A stretch of 64,000 bases of DNA from Fidelibacterota bacterium (GCA_018657495.1 JABHXA010000003.1:146937-210936); one strand, 5' to 3'. Shown: positions 1-10,414, counted from the first letter of the stretch. Made by a program: numbers and translations. Notes: generated by a model not told the origin, from the letters alone.

Positions 1-1
1 T

Positions 2-502
2 GATAACGAAGATGATTATTATTGTGCCTATTACCAGAACAATTAGCGGCATTTTCCAGGCCAGCTGGTGGATACCCGTTTCCGGTGGGGCCGACATGAT
101 GAGGGGGCTATGTATCCAAGCAAATATATCGACGATTTCTGCAAGTGACATATTTGGATGTATAGTGCGCTTAACATGATCAAGAACTTGCCTTACCGGT
201 TTTGTAGCTGGGGCAAATCCCAAGCGATAAATCCCTTGATTACTATAGGTAGTTTCGAACAAGTTGAGTATGTTTTTTTCATTATACTCATTCATTATTA
301 GCGCATTAATTGCCATTTTCATGTTTAGAGTATGTTGATTGTCATCATGTTCTGCCATGGTACCACCACCACAACACGGCGCCATGAGGATGCTTTCAAG
401 TTCCTTTTGTCGCTCGGTCTTAAATTGACCTGATACCATATTTATGGTAAATAAGACCATCATGATAAAAAATAATTTATTTGGCGATTTTAATAAACTC
501 AT
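2..502 (-). CDS. CcmH/NrfF-like cytochrome c biogenesis protein (partial; C-terminus runs off the window start)
   Basis: Minus-strand ORF with ATG at 502-500, 43 nt after the ccmF stop. It is open to position 2, so it is absent from the ORF track. My translation: MSLLKSPNKLFFIMMVLFTINMVSG (signal) ...ELESILMAPCCGGGTMAEH...SAPPETGIHQLAWKMPLIVLVIGTIIIIFVI (TM). The layout (signal, Cys motif, helical domain, PP..T..LW..P plus a TM) and the position after ccmF fit CcmH. The Cys motif is CC rather than the canonical CXXC. Confidence 0.5.
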   Translation of the reverse strand, partial: MSLLKSPNKLFFIMMVLFTINMVSGQFKTERQKELESILMAPCCGGGTMAEHDDNQHTLNMKMAINALIMNEYNEKNILNLFETTYSNQGIYRLGFAPATKPVRQVLDHVKRTIHPNMSLAEIVDIFAWIHSPLIMSAPPETGIHQLAWKMPLIVLVIGTIIIIFVI

Positions 503-545
503 GGTTATCCTCTCATTTGGGATGTCATAAATGCTGAATAGATAA

Positions 546-2534
546 TCATTTGGATTTTCTTCTAAAAAATTCCTCAATATTGATACTTACCAAAGTTCCA
601 ATCAGAAGAACCAGTGTACCCAACCAAACCCAGGTGACCATGGGGTTTATTCTCACTTTCATCGTTGCCAGCCCTGTTTTCAAATCGACATCACCAAGAA
701 CAATATAAAAATCTTCATTCAATGTCGTTTTCACTGCCACTTCCGAATGAGGTTGATTATTCTGATCGGTATAGAACCGCTTTTCCGGCTCCATGATATG
801 AAACTTTTTTCCATTTTTCTTTACATCCAGTTTGACAATTTTTGCTACATGATTTGATCGAGTATCAGGATTGCTGTCAGGCGATTCAAACCACTGTTTT
901 ACATAGGTAATCTCGTAATTACTTAATGTTTGGATATCTCCTGGCATCATGGACAGATCTGCTTCTTTATCAAATGCTTTCCCGGTAAATCCGGCAAACA
1001 TCATGATAATACCTACATGGACAATATAACCACCATAGCGACTGCGATTTTTATCTATCATAGTGAATAATGATTTGAACATACCTTCACCAGTCATCCG
1101 CATTCTTGCCTTCATACCTCGGTAGAATTCTGACAGAATAGTCATTGAAACAAATACCATTAAGCCAATTGAGACAAGAGGATATACCATCTTTAAATCC
1201 ATACTGACAGCAATGATCGCTGTGAGAAGTAAGGCTGATACGATTGGAAGAATAAAATTTCTTTTTAGACTGCGGATAGATGTTTTTCGCCAGGCAAGTA
1301 GTGGTCCAATTCCGGTTAGAGCCAATGTGAGGAGTCCAAGGGGAATCATGATTCGATTAAAATAAGGAGAACCAACGGTAATTTTGAATCCCGTTACAGC
1401 TTCTGAAAAAATAGGATACATTGTACCCCAGATTACTGCCAGCATCATGGATATAAAGAGCATATTATTGAAGAGGAATCCACTTTCTCTACTGACAAAA
1501 GATTCAAGTTTGTTTTTTGATTCCAGTTCTTTTCTTCTAATTATTAATAATACTGCGTTGACGACAATGATTAAAATTATAAATCCAAAGAACCATATTC
1601 CAAGATCAGTAGCAGCAAAGGCATGTACAGATGAAACGATTCCGCTCCGGGTTAGATATGTCCCAAATATTGTCAGGGTAAATGTCAACATGATAAGTAT
1701 CATATTCCATAATCTCAACATGTTTTTCTTTTCCTGGATCAGGACTGAATGCAAATACGCTGTAGCGGTAAGCCATGGCAGGAGTGATGCATTTTCCACT
1801 GGGTCCCAGGCCCAGTATCCACCCCAACCAAGTTCCACATAAGCCCATTTTCCACCCATTATAATTGCTATTGTAAGTAACACCCAGGTCATCAATGTCC
1901 AGCGCCGGGTCGTTTGTATCCAAACAGCATCCAAATTTTTAGTAATTATGGCAGCCATGGCAAAAGCAAATGGAACAGAGAAACCGATAAACCCTAAATA
2001 TAGTGCTGGCGGATGAAGAACCATAGCCCAATGCTGGAGCAATGGGTTTAATCCTTGTCCATTGACTACCATCCCTTTTTGAACAGGATCAAATGGGTTT
2101 TCATAGAAATTTATCAGGATAAGAAAAAACATTTGAATTACTGCCATGGTAATCATTACCCACGGCATAAGCCTCGGGTGTTTTTTCCTGTTTTGCAGAA
2201 TTACCAGAATGAAAAAGAATGATTGAATAACGAGCCAGAATAAAAGAGAGCCTTCCATTCCAGCCCACAATCCCGTAAACTTATATAATAAAGGTGTTTC
2301 AATACTTGTATACTTGGCAACATAAATAATTGAAAAATTACTGGTCATCAATTCATAAACAAGAATTATTGTGCTGAATACAACCAATGTGGAACTAGAG
2401 AGAAAGGCCATTCTACCAGATTTCAAAAACCGATAATCATTGTCACCAATCAAACTTAAGGAAACAATAATAATTCCAAAGGCACCAAATAACAGGGACA
2501 TTGCCAGCATAGCATTTCCGAGGACTGAGAACAT
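546..2534 (-). CDS. ccmF: Cytochrome c-type biogenesis protein CcmF (heme lyase component)
   Basis: 662-aa polytopic membrane protein with the WWD heme-handling motif WGGYWAWDPVENASLLPWL. It lies directly downstream of ccmE with a 3-nt gap. Confidence 0.95.
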   Translation of the reverse strand: MFSVLGNAMLAMSLLFGAFGIIIVSLSLIGDNDYRFLKSGRMAFLSSSTLVVFSTIILVYELMTSNFSIIYVAKYTSIETPLLYKFTGLWAGMEGSLLFWLVIQSFFFILVILQNRKKHPRLMPWVMITMAVIQMFFLILINFYENPFDPVQKGMVVNGQGLNPLLQHWAMVLHPPALYLGFIGFSVPFAFAMAAIITKNLDAVWIQTTRRWTLMTWVLLTIAIIMGGKWAYVELGWGGYWAWDPVENASLLPWLTATAYLHSVLIQEKKNMLRLWNMILIMLTFTLTIFGTYLTRSGIVSSVHAFAATDLGIWFFGFIILIIVVNAVLLIIRRKELESKNKLESFVSRESGFLFNNMLFISMMLAVIWGTMYPIFSEAVTGFKITVGSPYFNRIMIPLGLLTLALTGIGPLLAWRKTSIRSLKRNFILPIVSALLLTAIIAVSMDLKMVYPLVSIGLMVFVSMTILSEFYRGMKARMRMTGEGMFKSLFTMIDKNRSRYGGYIVHVGIIMMFAGFTGKAFDKEADLSMMPGDIQTLSNYEITYVKQWFESPDSNPDTRSNHVAKIVKLDVKKNGKKFHIMEPEKRFYTDQNNQPHSEVAVKTTLNEDFYIVLGDVDLKTGLATMKVRINPMVTWVWLGTLVLLIGTLVSINIEEFFRRKSK

Positions 2535-2537
2535 ATT

Positions 2538-2954
2538 TTATCCTTCCATTTCGGGCGTCTGATACTCACCTTCTTCATCATATCGTGAAGCACATTTCGT
2601 CATAAGATTATCTGCATGAAAAACACCTTCTTCGTAGGCTCCTTCAACAATAACTTCTGCACCATCTTTAAACAGGTCCGGTATTTCTGCACTTGTGAAA
2701 TTCACAGGAAGCAAACTCTCATCCTGCTTTAGCAGGAAACTCACGGTCAATTTATCATCAGAATACAAAATAGATCCATCGTCAACATTTCCACCAAGGC
2801 GAAACCGCGCCTGTGTGAACTGGTCATGTTTTTCAAGCAGGTCATTAACAGAAATAAATGGAACTTCTTCTGATTTAAATTCCACGGATATCCAGGCGGC
2901 TACAAGCACACCAAAAACGACGACGACTAAAGCAAATTTCTTCTGAAAACTCAT
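2538..2954 (-). CDS. ccmE: Heme chaperone CcmE, variant with CxxxY instead of HxxxY
   Basis: N-terminal membrane anchor, an OB-fold-like core (FRLGGNVDDGS) and a C-terminal ...NLMTKCASRYDEE that aligns with E. coli LAKHDENY. The likely start is the ATG at 2954, preceded by GGAG 6 nt upstream; the ORF-track start at 2975 is a TTG. Confidence 0.9.
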   Translation of the reverse strand: MSFQKKFALVVVVFGVLVAAWISVEFKSEEVPFISVNDLLEKHDQFTQARFRLGGNVDDGSILYSDDKLTVSFLLKQDESLLPVNFTSAEIPDLFKDGAEVIVEGAYEEGVFHADNLMTKCASRYDEEGEYQTPEMEG

Positions 2955-3251
2955 GTTATCTCCAAATATTATCAATTTTATTGGCGTTAATTTACAGACT
3001 TTACAATATGTTTTAATGACATAATTGTGAAAGATAGATATTTAGGTGTACTTTGTCTTAATATCATATATACATATTTATTTATTTTTAAAATTAAATT
3101 AATCCAATAATATACTATTATCATATATTAACAGCGTGTTAGGGTGATGATATTATATATATCATCAAGAAATATTGGATACCCTATTTTAAGACATAAT
3201 AATCCGGTCTAATATAATTATTAATTTTTATTTTAATAATTACGCATCATT

Positions 3252-5075
3252 TCAACTGAACTTTTCCTTTTTATGAATGGCTGCGCGTTTTGTGGCATCC
3301 AATTCCATATTTCTTAAGCGGATGTTTGTAGGTGTTACTTCAACTAATTCATTTTCTGAAATGAATTCAAGTGATTGATCCAGGGATAGATTTCTTGGAG
3401 GTCTTAGTGTAACTGTTGCATCCGAAGTAGCGCTTCTCATATTTGTCAGTTTTTTCTCCCGTGTGATATTTACAGTAAGATCCTGATTACGATTTCGTTC
3501 TCCAATGATCATACCGGCGTAAACCTCCGTTCCGACTCCAACAATTAATTCTCCACGATCGACCATAGCCAGGCAAGCATAACCTGTAATCTTTCCCTGT
3601 CTGTCAGATAGTAGTGACCCATTTTGCCTTTGTGGTATTTTTCCAAACCAGGCTGCATATCCATCAAATAACTTATTCATTATTCCTGCACCTTTTGTAT
3701 CTGTGAGGAACTGACTCCTAAATCCAATAAGTCCCCTTGACGGGATGACAAATTCCATAGTTACCCGGCCATGGCCATGGTTTTGCATATTTGTCATTCG
3801 ACCTTTTTTCTTTGTAAGCTTTTCTGTAATCACACCAACATTGTCTTCAGGAATATCGAAAAAGACTTTTTCCATAGGTTCTAATAATTTACCGTCAACC
3901 TCTTTGGTTATCACCTGTGGTTTTGACACCATAAACTCAAACCCTTCCCGTCTCATGGTTTCAATGAGGATTGCCATTTGCAGCTCCCCACGGCCCCAAA
4001 CCTCAAATGCATCAGCGCGATGAGTAGATTTCACCTGTAAAGACACATTGGTGAGAACTTCCCTTTCAAGGCGTGCCTTCAAATGTCGGGAAGTAAGATA
4101 CTTACCTTCTTTCCCGGCAAAAGGACCATTGTTTACGTAGAAAATCATAGAAACAGTAGGTTCATCTACTTCAATTCTGGGTAATGGCTCAGGATTCTCA
4201 TTTGAAGATATCGTATCGCCAATTTTAATATTTTCGACACCGGCAATGGCGATAATATCCCCTGCCACAAGCTTATCTACTTTTAATTTCTGCAGACCTA
4301 CAAAAGTATAACAGGCAGAAAATTTTAAACCACTCGTGATTTTATCTTTGCCGCAGAGACTATATTTTTCATTCATTTCCAGAATACCGTTGTTTAAACG
4401 ACCAACTGCAATTTGTCCAACGTATGGATCATAATCCAGGTTAGTAATCAGGAATTGAGGCGTATAATTTTCATCAGCGATTGGGCCCGGGATTCTGGAT
4501 ATAATTGTTTCAAAAAGAGGTTTTAAGTTTGATGACCCATCCTCCAGATCCATGTGCCCAACACCGTCCTTGGCAATAGTATAAAGAATGGGGAAATCGA
4601 TTTGATCATCGGTAGCATCTAAATCAATAAATAAATCATATACCTCATTTACAACTTCCTCAATCCTTGCATCTTTTCGATCTATTTTATTGATAACCAA
4701 GATAACCGGCAGGTTTTTATCAAGTGCTTTTTTTACAACAAATCTGGTCTGAGGCAATGGTCCTTCACTGGCATCCACCAATAGAAGCACCCCATCCACT
4801 AGGTTGAGTCCCCTCTCGACCTCGCCGCCAAAATCGGCATGACCAGGAGTATCAATTATATTGATTTTTACACCATTATAATTTACCGCCGTGTTTTTTG
4901 CGGTTATGGTTATCCCGCGTTCCCGTTCAAGGTCCATAGAATCCATCACCCGATCAGCAACTTGCTGATGATCACTGAATGTACCGCTTTGTTTCAACAG
5001 CCCATCTACCAAAGTAGTTTTGCCATGATCCACGTGGGCAATGATGGCTATATTTCTTATATTTTCTTTTCTCAT
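3252..5075 (-). CDS. typA: Translational GTPase TypA/BipA
   Basis: 607 aa. G-domain motifs [17 protein letters not shown] and NKID, plus EF-G-like domains. Length and sequence are typical of BipA. Confidence 0.95.
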   Translation of the reverse strand: MRKENIRNIAIIAHVDHGKTTLVDGLLKQSGTFSDHQQVADRVMDSMDLERERGITITAKNTAVNYNGVKINIIDTPGHADFGGEVERGLNLVDGVLLLVDASEGPLPQTRFVVKKALDKNLPVILVINKIDRKDARIEEVVNEVYDLFIDLDATDDQIDFPILYTIAKDGVGHMDLEDGSSNLKPLFETIISRIPGPIADENYTPQFLITNLDYDPYVGQIAVGRLNNGILEMNEKYSLCGKDKITSGLKFSACYTFVGLQKLKVDKLVAGDIIAIAGVENIKIGDTISSNENPEPLPRIEVDEPTVSMIFYVNNGPFAGKEGKYLTSRHLKARLEREVLTNVSLQVKSTHRADAFEVWGRGELQMAILIETMRREGFEFMVSKPQVITKEVDGKLLEPMEKVFFDIPEDNVGVITEKLTKKKGRMTNMQNHGHGRVTMEFVIPSRGLIGFRSQFLTDTKGAGIMNKLFDGYAAWFGKIPQRQNGSLLSDRQGKITGYACLAMVDRGELIVGVGTEVYAGMIIGERNRNQDLTVNITREKKLTNMRSATSDATVTLRPPRNLSLDQSLEFISENELVEVTPTNIRLRNMELDATKRAAIHKKEKFS

Positions 5076-5465
5076 TTCCTATTTCCTGTCATATAATCCT
5101 ATTGAAAAACATGCATACTCATGTTTTCTGCATGTTTTGCAGAGCGCGAAATTTACTTCAAGCCAAGTTTCTTTTTTAAAAAAGTATTTATATTTATTAT
5201 AATCCATACCAGTTTCGACACAATGTCTCAGTATCTATAATCAAATGGATCATATTTAATTCAAAATTTATATTGATTGGGTTTGAGAGATATTTCTTAA
5301 GAAAAAGGTCATGTCCTTACATTAATAAATATTAAATTTTTTAAGTTAATAATTGATGTTTATGAAATTAACAAGTTAGAGAAATATACCGGATTCTACT
5401 TTGGATAAATTGAACATGTATTTTGTTAATAAACCCAAACCCGCAAAATAAAAAAAGGAATAACA

Positions 5466-6149
5466 TTGAATAATCAGAAGAACTCTTTTTCGATGGAGTC
5501 AAATGTCTTTAATAGAACCGAGACTACCGGCAAGCTGATCAGTGAAAATGTATATAATCTTACCATCGGCCTCGTTCTTGCTTGGGGTTTTCTCTTAAAT
5601 TGGTTATTGGTTACATCGATATCTCCATCCTCACTATTATCATTTGGCTTTTGGCCACTTATAATTGGATATTTTGTTTCTTGCTTTATTGGAATCAGAA
5701 TTTATACAAAATCAGATGACCCCTTTATCAGTTTTATCGGTTATAATTTTGTGGTAATACCCTTTGGGTTGATTCTGAATATTATTGTGAGCAGTTATGA
5801 TCCAGTCATCGTTCAGGATGCTATCCGGGTAACAGGCATTGTCACCTGTATCATGATGATTCTAGGCTCTGCATTCCCAGCATTTTTTCAGAAAATATCC
5901 GGCGCACTTACTGTTGCCTTAATTGCAGTTATTATTGTTGAGATGGTAGAAATATTTATCTTTAAAACTCATCATGGTGTATTAGACTGGATAGTGGCAC
6001 TAATTTTTTGTGGATATATAGGATATGACTGGGGAAGGGCAAACAGTATACCAAAAACATTGGATAATGCCGTTGATAGCGCTGCTTCACTTTATATGGA
6101 TATCATTAATTTATTTATTCGTATTTTGAGAATTATGGGCAGAAGATAA
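5466..6149 (+). CDS. BAX inhibitor-1/YccA family membrane protein
   Basis: 227 aa with about 7 hydrophobic helices. The C-terminus ...AASLYMDIINLFIRILRIMGRR matches the BI-1 family tail (LYLDxINLFLxxLRIxG). The start codon is TTG; an in-frame ATG lies 9 codons downstream. Confidence 0.7.
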   Translation: MNNQKNSFSMESNVFNRTETTGKLISENVYNLTIGLVLAWGFLLNWLLVTSISPSSLLSFGFWPLIIGYFVSCFIGIRIYTKSDDPFISFIGYNFVVIPFGLILNIIVSSYDPVIVQDAIRVTGIVTCIMMILGSAFPAFFQKISGALTVALIAVIIVEMVEIFIFKTHHGVLDWIVALIFCGYIGYDWGRANSIPKTLDNAVDSAASLYMDIINLFIRILRIMGRR

Positions 6150-6195
6150 TTGAGAAAAGGAGTATCGAAATCATTTTCTAATTTCAAAATTGGCG

Positions 6196-7464
6196 TTACT
6201 TTCGAATCGCAGTATTGGGATCTTCATTCATCTTGATTTCGTATGTGATATTGTCATTTACAATCAACTGAATAATATCCTTTGTCTGAATATCAATACT
6301 GGTCTGACCAAAATCAGATTGTTCAAGAGAATTGCCTGTTTGGAGATTAATAATTAAATTCTGTTTTTTGTCTTCAAATATATCAACAGCCAACTGATCA
6401 GGAAAAATCTTTGAGCCAGAGTCCATGGCTAATTGATTTGAGCTTTGTAATTGAAGAATAATTTTCGATGCATCATTGTATTTTTTGACAAATATTATCG
6501 CTTTGGCATTATTTGTCATGGTTGCAAACTTCATCTCTTCATAGGAATCTTCTATACTTAATTGTAGATAGGATCCAGTAATCGATCCCGACCAGAACGA
6601 ATCCCTGATAGCTTTGTCACTTATCAAATTATCTTTATGAGTATCTGTTACAAATATTGTGGGCTGATCCAAAACCTCTGTGCCGTGATAAAGGCTATCC
6701 ATTTTTAACGAAAGGTTTGGTATAGTTGAATCATCCTCCCTGAATTCCATCACGACGATATCATCATTATTAGTTTCAGAGATTTCTGGAATTGAATCTT
6801 CATAAATTTCAGAAACTACACTCATTTCGTCACTCTCTATAGCAATTGATGGATGCATACGAACAATGGGATATGATTTATTTATTTTCTCCGAATCATC
6901 ATTTGTAAAACCCTTGTTAGTTGCCTTTGGAGTGTTCCCTTCAATTAATTCTTTTGATTTTTCTACTGTCCATAAGGACATATCTTCATCTTCTTTATGA
7001 CTACCTTCGGAATATTCATTCTCAATGTCTACGGCCACTTCAGGATTTTCTATTAAGTTCAATGGTTCTACTTTTGATTCAGATAATTCATCAGTTTGCA
7101 TTTCAAATTTTGCTGGTGCTTTAATAATCAAACCGGGTTTATCTTCAGTAATTTTTTTATACAATTGTGGAAGGGCAAGGAATAAAATAATTATTGCAGC
7201 AATTTTAAGAATATTTTCAGAATAATAAATAAATCTGCCCTGATGAGTTTTACGAGTGCTAACCTGCTGGCGGATTTCATTTTTCATTGCATCTTTAGCG
7301 CTATCGTTGATGCCTGCTAGAAGCAGCATTTGAAATTCAAGTTCTCCTTTACAACTCTCACATCCATGGAGATGTTCATCACAGGCCTTGCGATCCTTTT
7401 TATCAAGTGTATCAGCTATATATTTTTCGAGGATTTGCTCTTCTATAACTGACTTACAGTCCAT
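6196..7464 (-). CDS. Anti-sigma factor (zf-HC2 N-terminus, single TM, uncharacterised extracytoplasmic domain)
   Basis: N-terminal CDEHLHGCESC zinc-finger-type anti-sigma motif and a TM segment ILKIAAIIILFLALPQLY. Its ATG overlaps the stop of the upstream ECF sigma gene by 1 nt (TAATG). Confidence 0.7.
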   Translation of the reverse strand: MDCKSVIEEQILEKYIADTLDKKDRKACDEHLHGCESCKGELEFQMLLLAGINDSAKDAMKNEIRQQVSTRKTHQGRFIYYSENILKIAAIIILFLALPQLYKKITEDKPGLIIKAPAKFEMQTDELSESKVEPLNLIENPEVAVDIENEYSEGSHKEDEDMSLWTVEKSKELIEGNTPKATNKGFTNDDSEKINKSYPIVRMHPSIAIESDEMSVVSEIYEDSIPEISETNNDDIVVMEFREDDSTIPNLSLKMDSLYHGTEVLDQPTIFVTDTHKDNLISDKAIRDSFWSGSITGSYLQLSIEDSYEEMKFATMTNNAKAIIFVKKYNDASKIILQLQSSNQLAMDSGSKIFPDQLAVDIFEDKKQNLIINLQTGNSLEQSDFGQTSIDIQTKDIIQLIVNDNITYEIKMNEDPNTAIRK

Positions 7465-8039
7465 TATATCACTCCCCCTTCTTCGGATAACAGATTTCTA
7501 ACTTTCAACTCCAATTTTTTCTTACACTGATACTTCTTTGACTTGGCAGTATTCTCATTGGCAAAATGCATCACACCGGCAATCTCTTTCATATTTCTGC
7601 CCTCATAATAAAAAAGATATAACAGTTTTCGGCATAGTTCACCAATCATTGTCAGAGCTTCCCGGACCAGTTCATTACGCTGATCATTTTCTTGACTCAA
7701 TGTTGATGATGGTTCTGCTACTTGGTCTTCCATCGATTCGAAAGTGTTTTTTATCCTCGAGCGCTTCCTCTGTATCGCCATCCACTTATTCCTGATAATA
7801 GCCATTATATAAGTACTTAATTTTGAAGTTAGACCAAAATTCCCAGAAGAGACTTTTAGCCATAAAACAATTATTGTTTCCTGAAGTACATCCTCCACAT
7901 CTTCTTTTGTCCCGCCGTTTGAGATAATATAACTGGTGGTCATTCTTCTATAGTTTATATACAAATCGCCAAGTACAGTCCGATCATTTGAGCGAATCCG
8001 GTTGATAATGGACTGATCTTTAGAGAAAAATATTTTCAA
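7464..8039 (-). CDS. ECF-type RNA polymerase sigma-70 family factor
   Basis: 191 aa. Region 2 (EDVLQETIIVLWLK) and region 4 HTH (GRNMKEIAGVMHFANENTAKSKKYQCKKKL). TTG start. Translationally coupled to the anti-sigma gene. Confidence 0.85.
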   Translation of the reverse strand: MKIFFSKDQSIINRIRSNDRTVLGDLYINYRRMTTSYIISNGGTKEDVEDVLQETIIVLWLKVSSGNFGLTSKLSTYIMAIIRNKWMAIQRKRSRIKNTFESMEDQVAEPSSTLSQENDQRNELVREALTMIGELCRKLLYLFYYEGRNMKEIAGVMHFANENTAKSKKYQCKKKLELKVRNLLSEEGGVI

Positions 8040-8180
8040 CGTTTACCTTTTAATTGTTTATGTCATTAATAAGATGAATGTAAACGATGCATGTCATACA
8101 GCACATTAATCGTTAGATCATTCAATAAGATAACAGTGAAAACTATCAAGAATATGAATAAGAATAAAAGGAGTATCAAG

Positions 8181-10178
8181 ATGAAGAAGTCAAATTTTAA
8201 AAGATGGATAGTCATTATAATCATGGGTTCATTAATCATTGGTGGATTGTACAAAACTGAAACAGGTAGCTTGAGAGGAAAAGTTACCGATATGAAAGGA
8301 AGCTCAATACCGGGTGCTACTGTATATTTTCCTTCATTGAAAATTGGAGCTGCAGCAGATATAAATGGTAATTATATCATTTTGGATATTCCTGTGGGGA
8401 CTTATGAGATTCATTATTCTATGATAGGTTATCAGAAAAAAGTTGTTAAAAATATAACCATTTCAATAGATAAAATCGCTTGGTTAAATATGTCGCTATT
8501 AACACAAGTAATAGAGGGCGAAACTGTGGAGATTCTTGCTCAAAAACCACCAACTGAGTTTAATCAAACTTCAAGTCATATGACTTATAATAGTAGTGTC
8601 CTTCCTGTTCTACCGATGGCAGATTCTGATGAATCAATGACGCTTCAATGTGATGAATTCAATTTCGATACACAAAAACATAATATTATGCAAAAAGGAA
8701 GAATGTATAGTCAGCCGCTTATAAATCCAAAACAGCAATTTCAATTCAATAATTCAGAAGATTATGGTCTCATCAGGGAAAACACCTTTCAGGATGCTTT
8801 ACACAATCCATTATCGACTTTTTCTATTGACGTGGATAATGCTTCTTATGCAAATATCCGTAGATATTTAATGCAGAATAGATTGATGCCTCCAAAAGAT
8901 GCAGTGCGTATCGAGGAGATGATCAACTATTTTACTTATGACTATCCACAGCCTGACCGAAGACATCCATTTTCTATTAATACTGAATTATCTGACTGCC
9001 CGTGGAACAGAAATCATCAGCTGGTTCATATTGGTCTACAGGGACGTCAGGTTGATTATAAAAATCTAAAACCTTCAAACCTTGTCTTTCTTTTGGATGT
9101 TTCTGGATCGATGAATTCAAGAAATAAACTGCCATTGTTAAAAAAATCTTTCAAAATGCTTGCTAAGGAGCTTAGCCGGGAAGACAAAATCGCTATTGTA
9201 GTTTATGCCGGTGCCGCTGGGTTGGTGCTTGATTCCACACCTGCAAACTATAGAGCCGATATTATCTCAGCCCTGGATAATCTACAAGCAGGCGGCAGTA
9301 CAGCCGGTGGTGCTGGTTTAAAACTTGCCTATGATATCGCTTATGAAAATTACATTCCCGGGGGTAATAATCGAGTGATACTTGCCACTGACGGCGATTT
9401 TAATGTTGGACCATCTTCGAATGCCGAAATGGTTCGACTCATTGAAGAAAGAAGAGATAAAGGGATTTTCCTGACAATCACCGGATTTGGTATGGGTAAT
9501 TATAAAGACAGCAAAATGGAAGAAATCAGTAATGCAGGCAATGGTAATTATTTTTATATTGATGACATCAAAGAGGCCAAGAAGGTTTTTGTCAATGAAA
9601 TGCGAGCTAATTTATTTACAATTGCCAAGGATGTGAAAATACAGATTGAATTTAATCCTGAATTTGTTAGCCAGTATCGCTTGATTGGTTATGAAAATCG
9701 AATACTCAATGACAGGGATTTTAATGATGATAAAATTGATGCTGGTGAACTTGGTGCTGGACATACTGTAACCGCATTGTATGAAATAATACCGGTTGGA
9801 AACTCATATATGGGTCCTGGAATTGATGATTTGAAATATCGTAAATCAAAGTTATTCAAGGCTGATGATTTTTCTGATGAATTATTAACTGTGAAATTCC
9901 GTTATAAAAAACCCAATGGAAGCCGAAGCAGATTGATTGAGGAAGTTTTGTATAATGATCCTGTTAGATTCAAATATTCTTCAGATAATTTCCGGTTTTC
10001 TGCAGCAGTTGCCGGATTTGGAATGTTGCTTCGAGATTCTAAATATGTAGTGGGATTTACCTTTGATGATGTGTACCGAATCGCAAAAAACGCCAAGGGT
10101 AAAGATGAATTTGGGTATCGTGCAGAATTTTTAAAAATGGTTGATACCTGTAGTGATGCAGCCTCGCTCATTGACTAA
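8181..10178 (+). CDS. Secreted/anchored CarboxypepD_reg-like + von Willebrand factor A domain protein (YfbK-like)
   Basis: Signal/anchor MKKSNFKRWIVIIIMGSLIIGG. CarboxypepD_reg-like segment (GKVTDMKGSSIPGATVY...GTYEIHYSMIGYQ). vWA MIDAS motif LVFLLDVSGSMNS...ATDGDFNVG, followed by a YfbK-type C-terminal region. The ATG at 8181 has AAAGGAG 8 nt upstream; the ORF track extends to 8091. Confidence 0.85.
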   Translation: MKKSNFKRWIVIIIMGSLIIGGLYKTETGSLRGKVTDMKGSSIPGATVYFPSLKIGAAADINGNYIILDIPVGTYEIHYSMIGYQKKVVKNITISIDKIAWLNMSLLTQVIEGETVEILAQKPPTEFNQTSSHMTYNSSVLPVLPMADSDESMTLQCDEFNFDTQKHNIMQKGRMYSQPLINPKQQFQFNNSEDYGLIRENTFQDALHNPLSTFSIDVDNASYANIRRYLMQNRLMPPKDAVRIEEMINYFTYDYPQPDRRHPFSINTELSDCPWNRNHQLVHIGLQGRQVDYKNLKPSNLVFLLDVSGSMNSRNKLPLLKKSFKMLAKELSREDKIAIVVYAGAAGLVLDSTPANYRADIISALDNLQAGGSTAGGAGLKLAYDIAYENYIPGGNNRVILATDGDFNVGPSSNAEMVRLIEERRDKGIFLTITGFGMGNYKDSKMEEISNAGNGNYFYIDDIKEAKKVFVNEMRANLFTIAKDVKIQIEFNPEFVSQYRLIGYENRILNDRDFNDDKIDAGELGAGHTVTALYEIIPVGNSYMGPGIDDLKYRKSKLFKADDFSDELLTVKFRYKKPNGSRSRLIEEVLYNDPVRFKYSSDNFRFSAAVAGFGMLLRDSKYVVGFTFDDVYRIAKNAKGKDEFGYRAEFLKMVDTCSDAASLID

Positions 10179-10361
10179 CAATGATCAATATTTATTCATT
10201 ACCTTTGAAATTCGGCAGCCAACACTCATATGGGAATATTTATGTTTATTTCTGTGCTCACATGAGATGGATTTTACATAAATGGATTTCCAGATGATAA
10301 CCTAAAAGATATGGGGTAAGCTGGAAATAGTGAAGAAAAGGTGAGGAAAAAAGGGCTTAAA

Positions 10362-10398
10362 ACACAGATGTCAAAAGCATTGCTTTTGACATCTGTGT
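10362..10398. terminator. Bidirectional stem-loop terminator between convergent vWA and RRM genes
   Basis: Near-perfect 37-nt palindrome ACACAGATGTCAAAAGCA-T-TGCTTTTGACATCTGTGT. It lies 16 nt beyond the stop of the minus-strand RRM gene. Confidence 0.6.
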
Positions 10399-10414
10399 AT
10401 AAGATTGATAGGTT

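Noticed and set aside
1384-1923. Two ORFs of 105-152 aa overlapping ccmF: 1384-1842 antisense on the + strand, and 1606-1923 on the same (-) strand as ccmF but in a different reading frame.
   Set aside because: Both lie entirely inside the strongly supported ccmF frame. They have low-complexity translations, no RBS and no recognisable motif. They are overlap artefacts of an AT-rich membrane-protein gene.
3045-3170. Recurring ATATCAT-type motifs and a 9-bp AT-only hairpin (TGATGATAT-TATAT-ATATCATCA, 3145-3167) in the ccmE-typA spacer.
   Set aside because: The spacer is extremely AT-rich, and such short A/T words and palindromes are expected by chance. There is no T-run for a terminator, and I cannot test conservation here.
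8066-8254. 62-aa minus-strand ORF in the sigma/vWA divergent promoter region.
   Set aside because: It overlaps the vWA gene 5' end, is hydrophobic and low-complexity because of AT-rich DNA, and has no translation signals.
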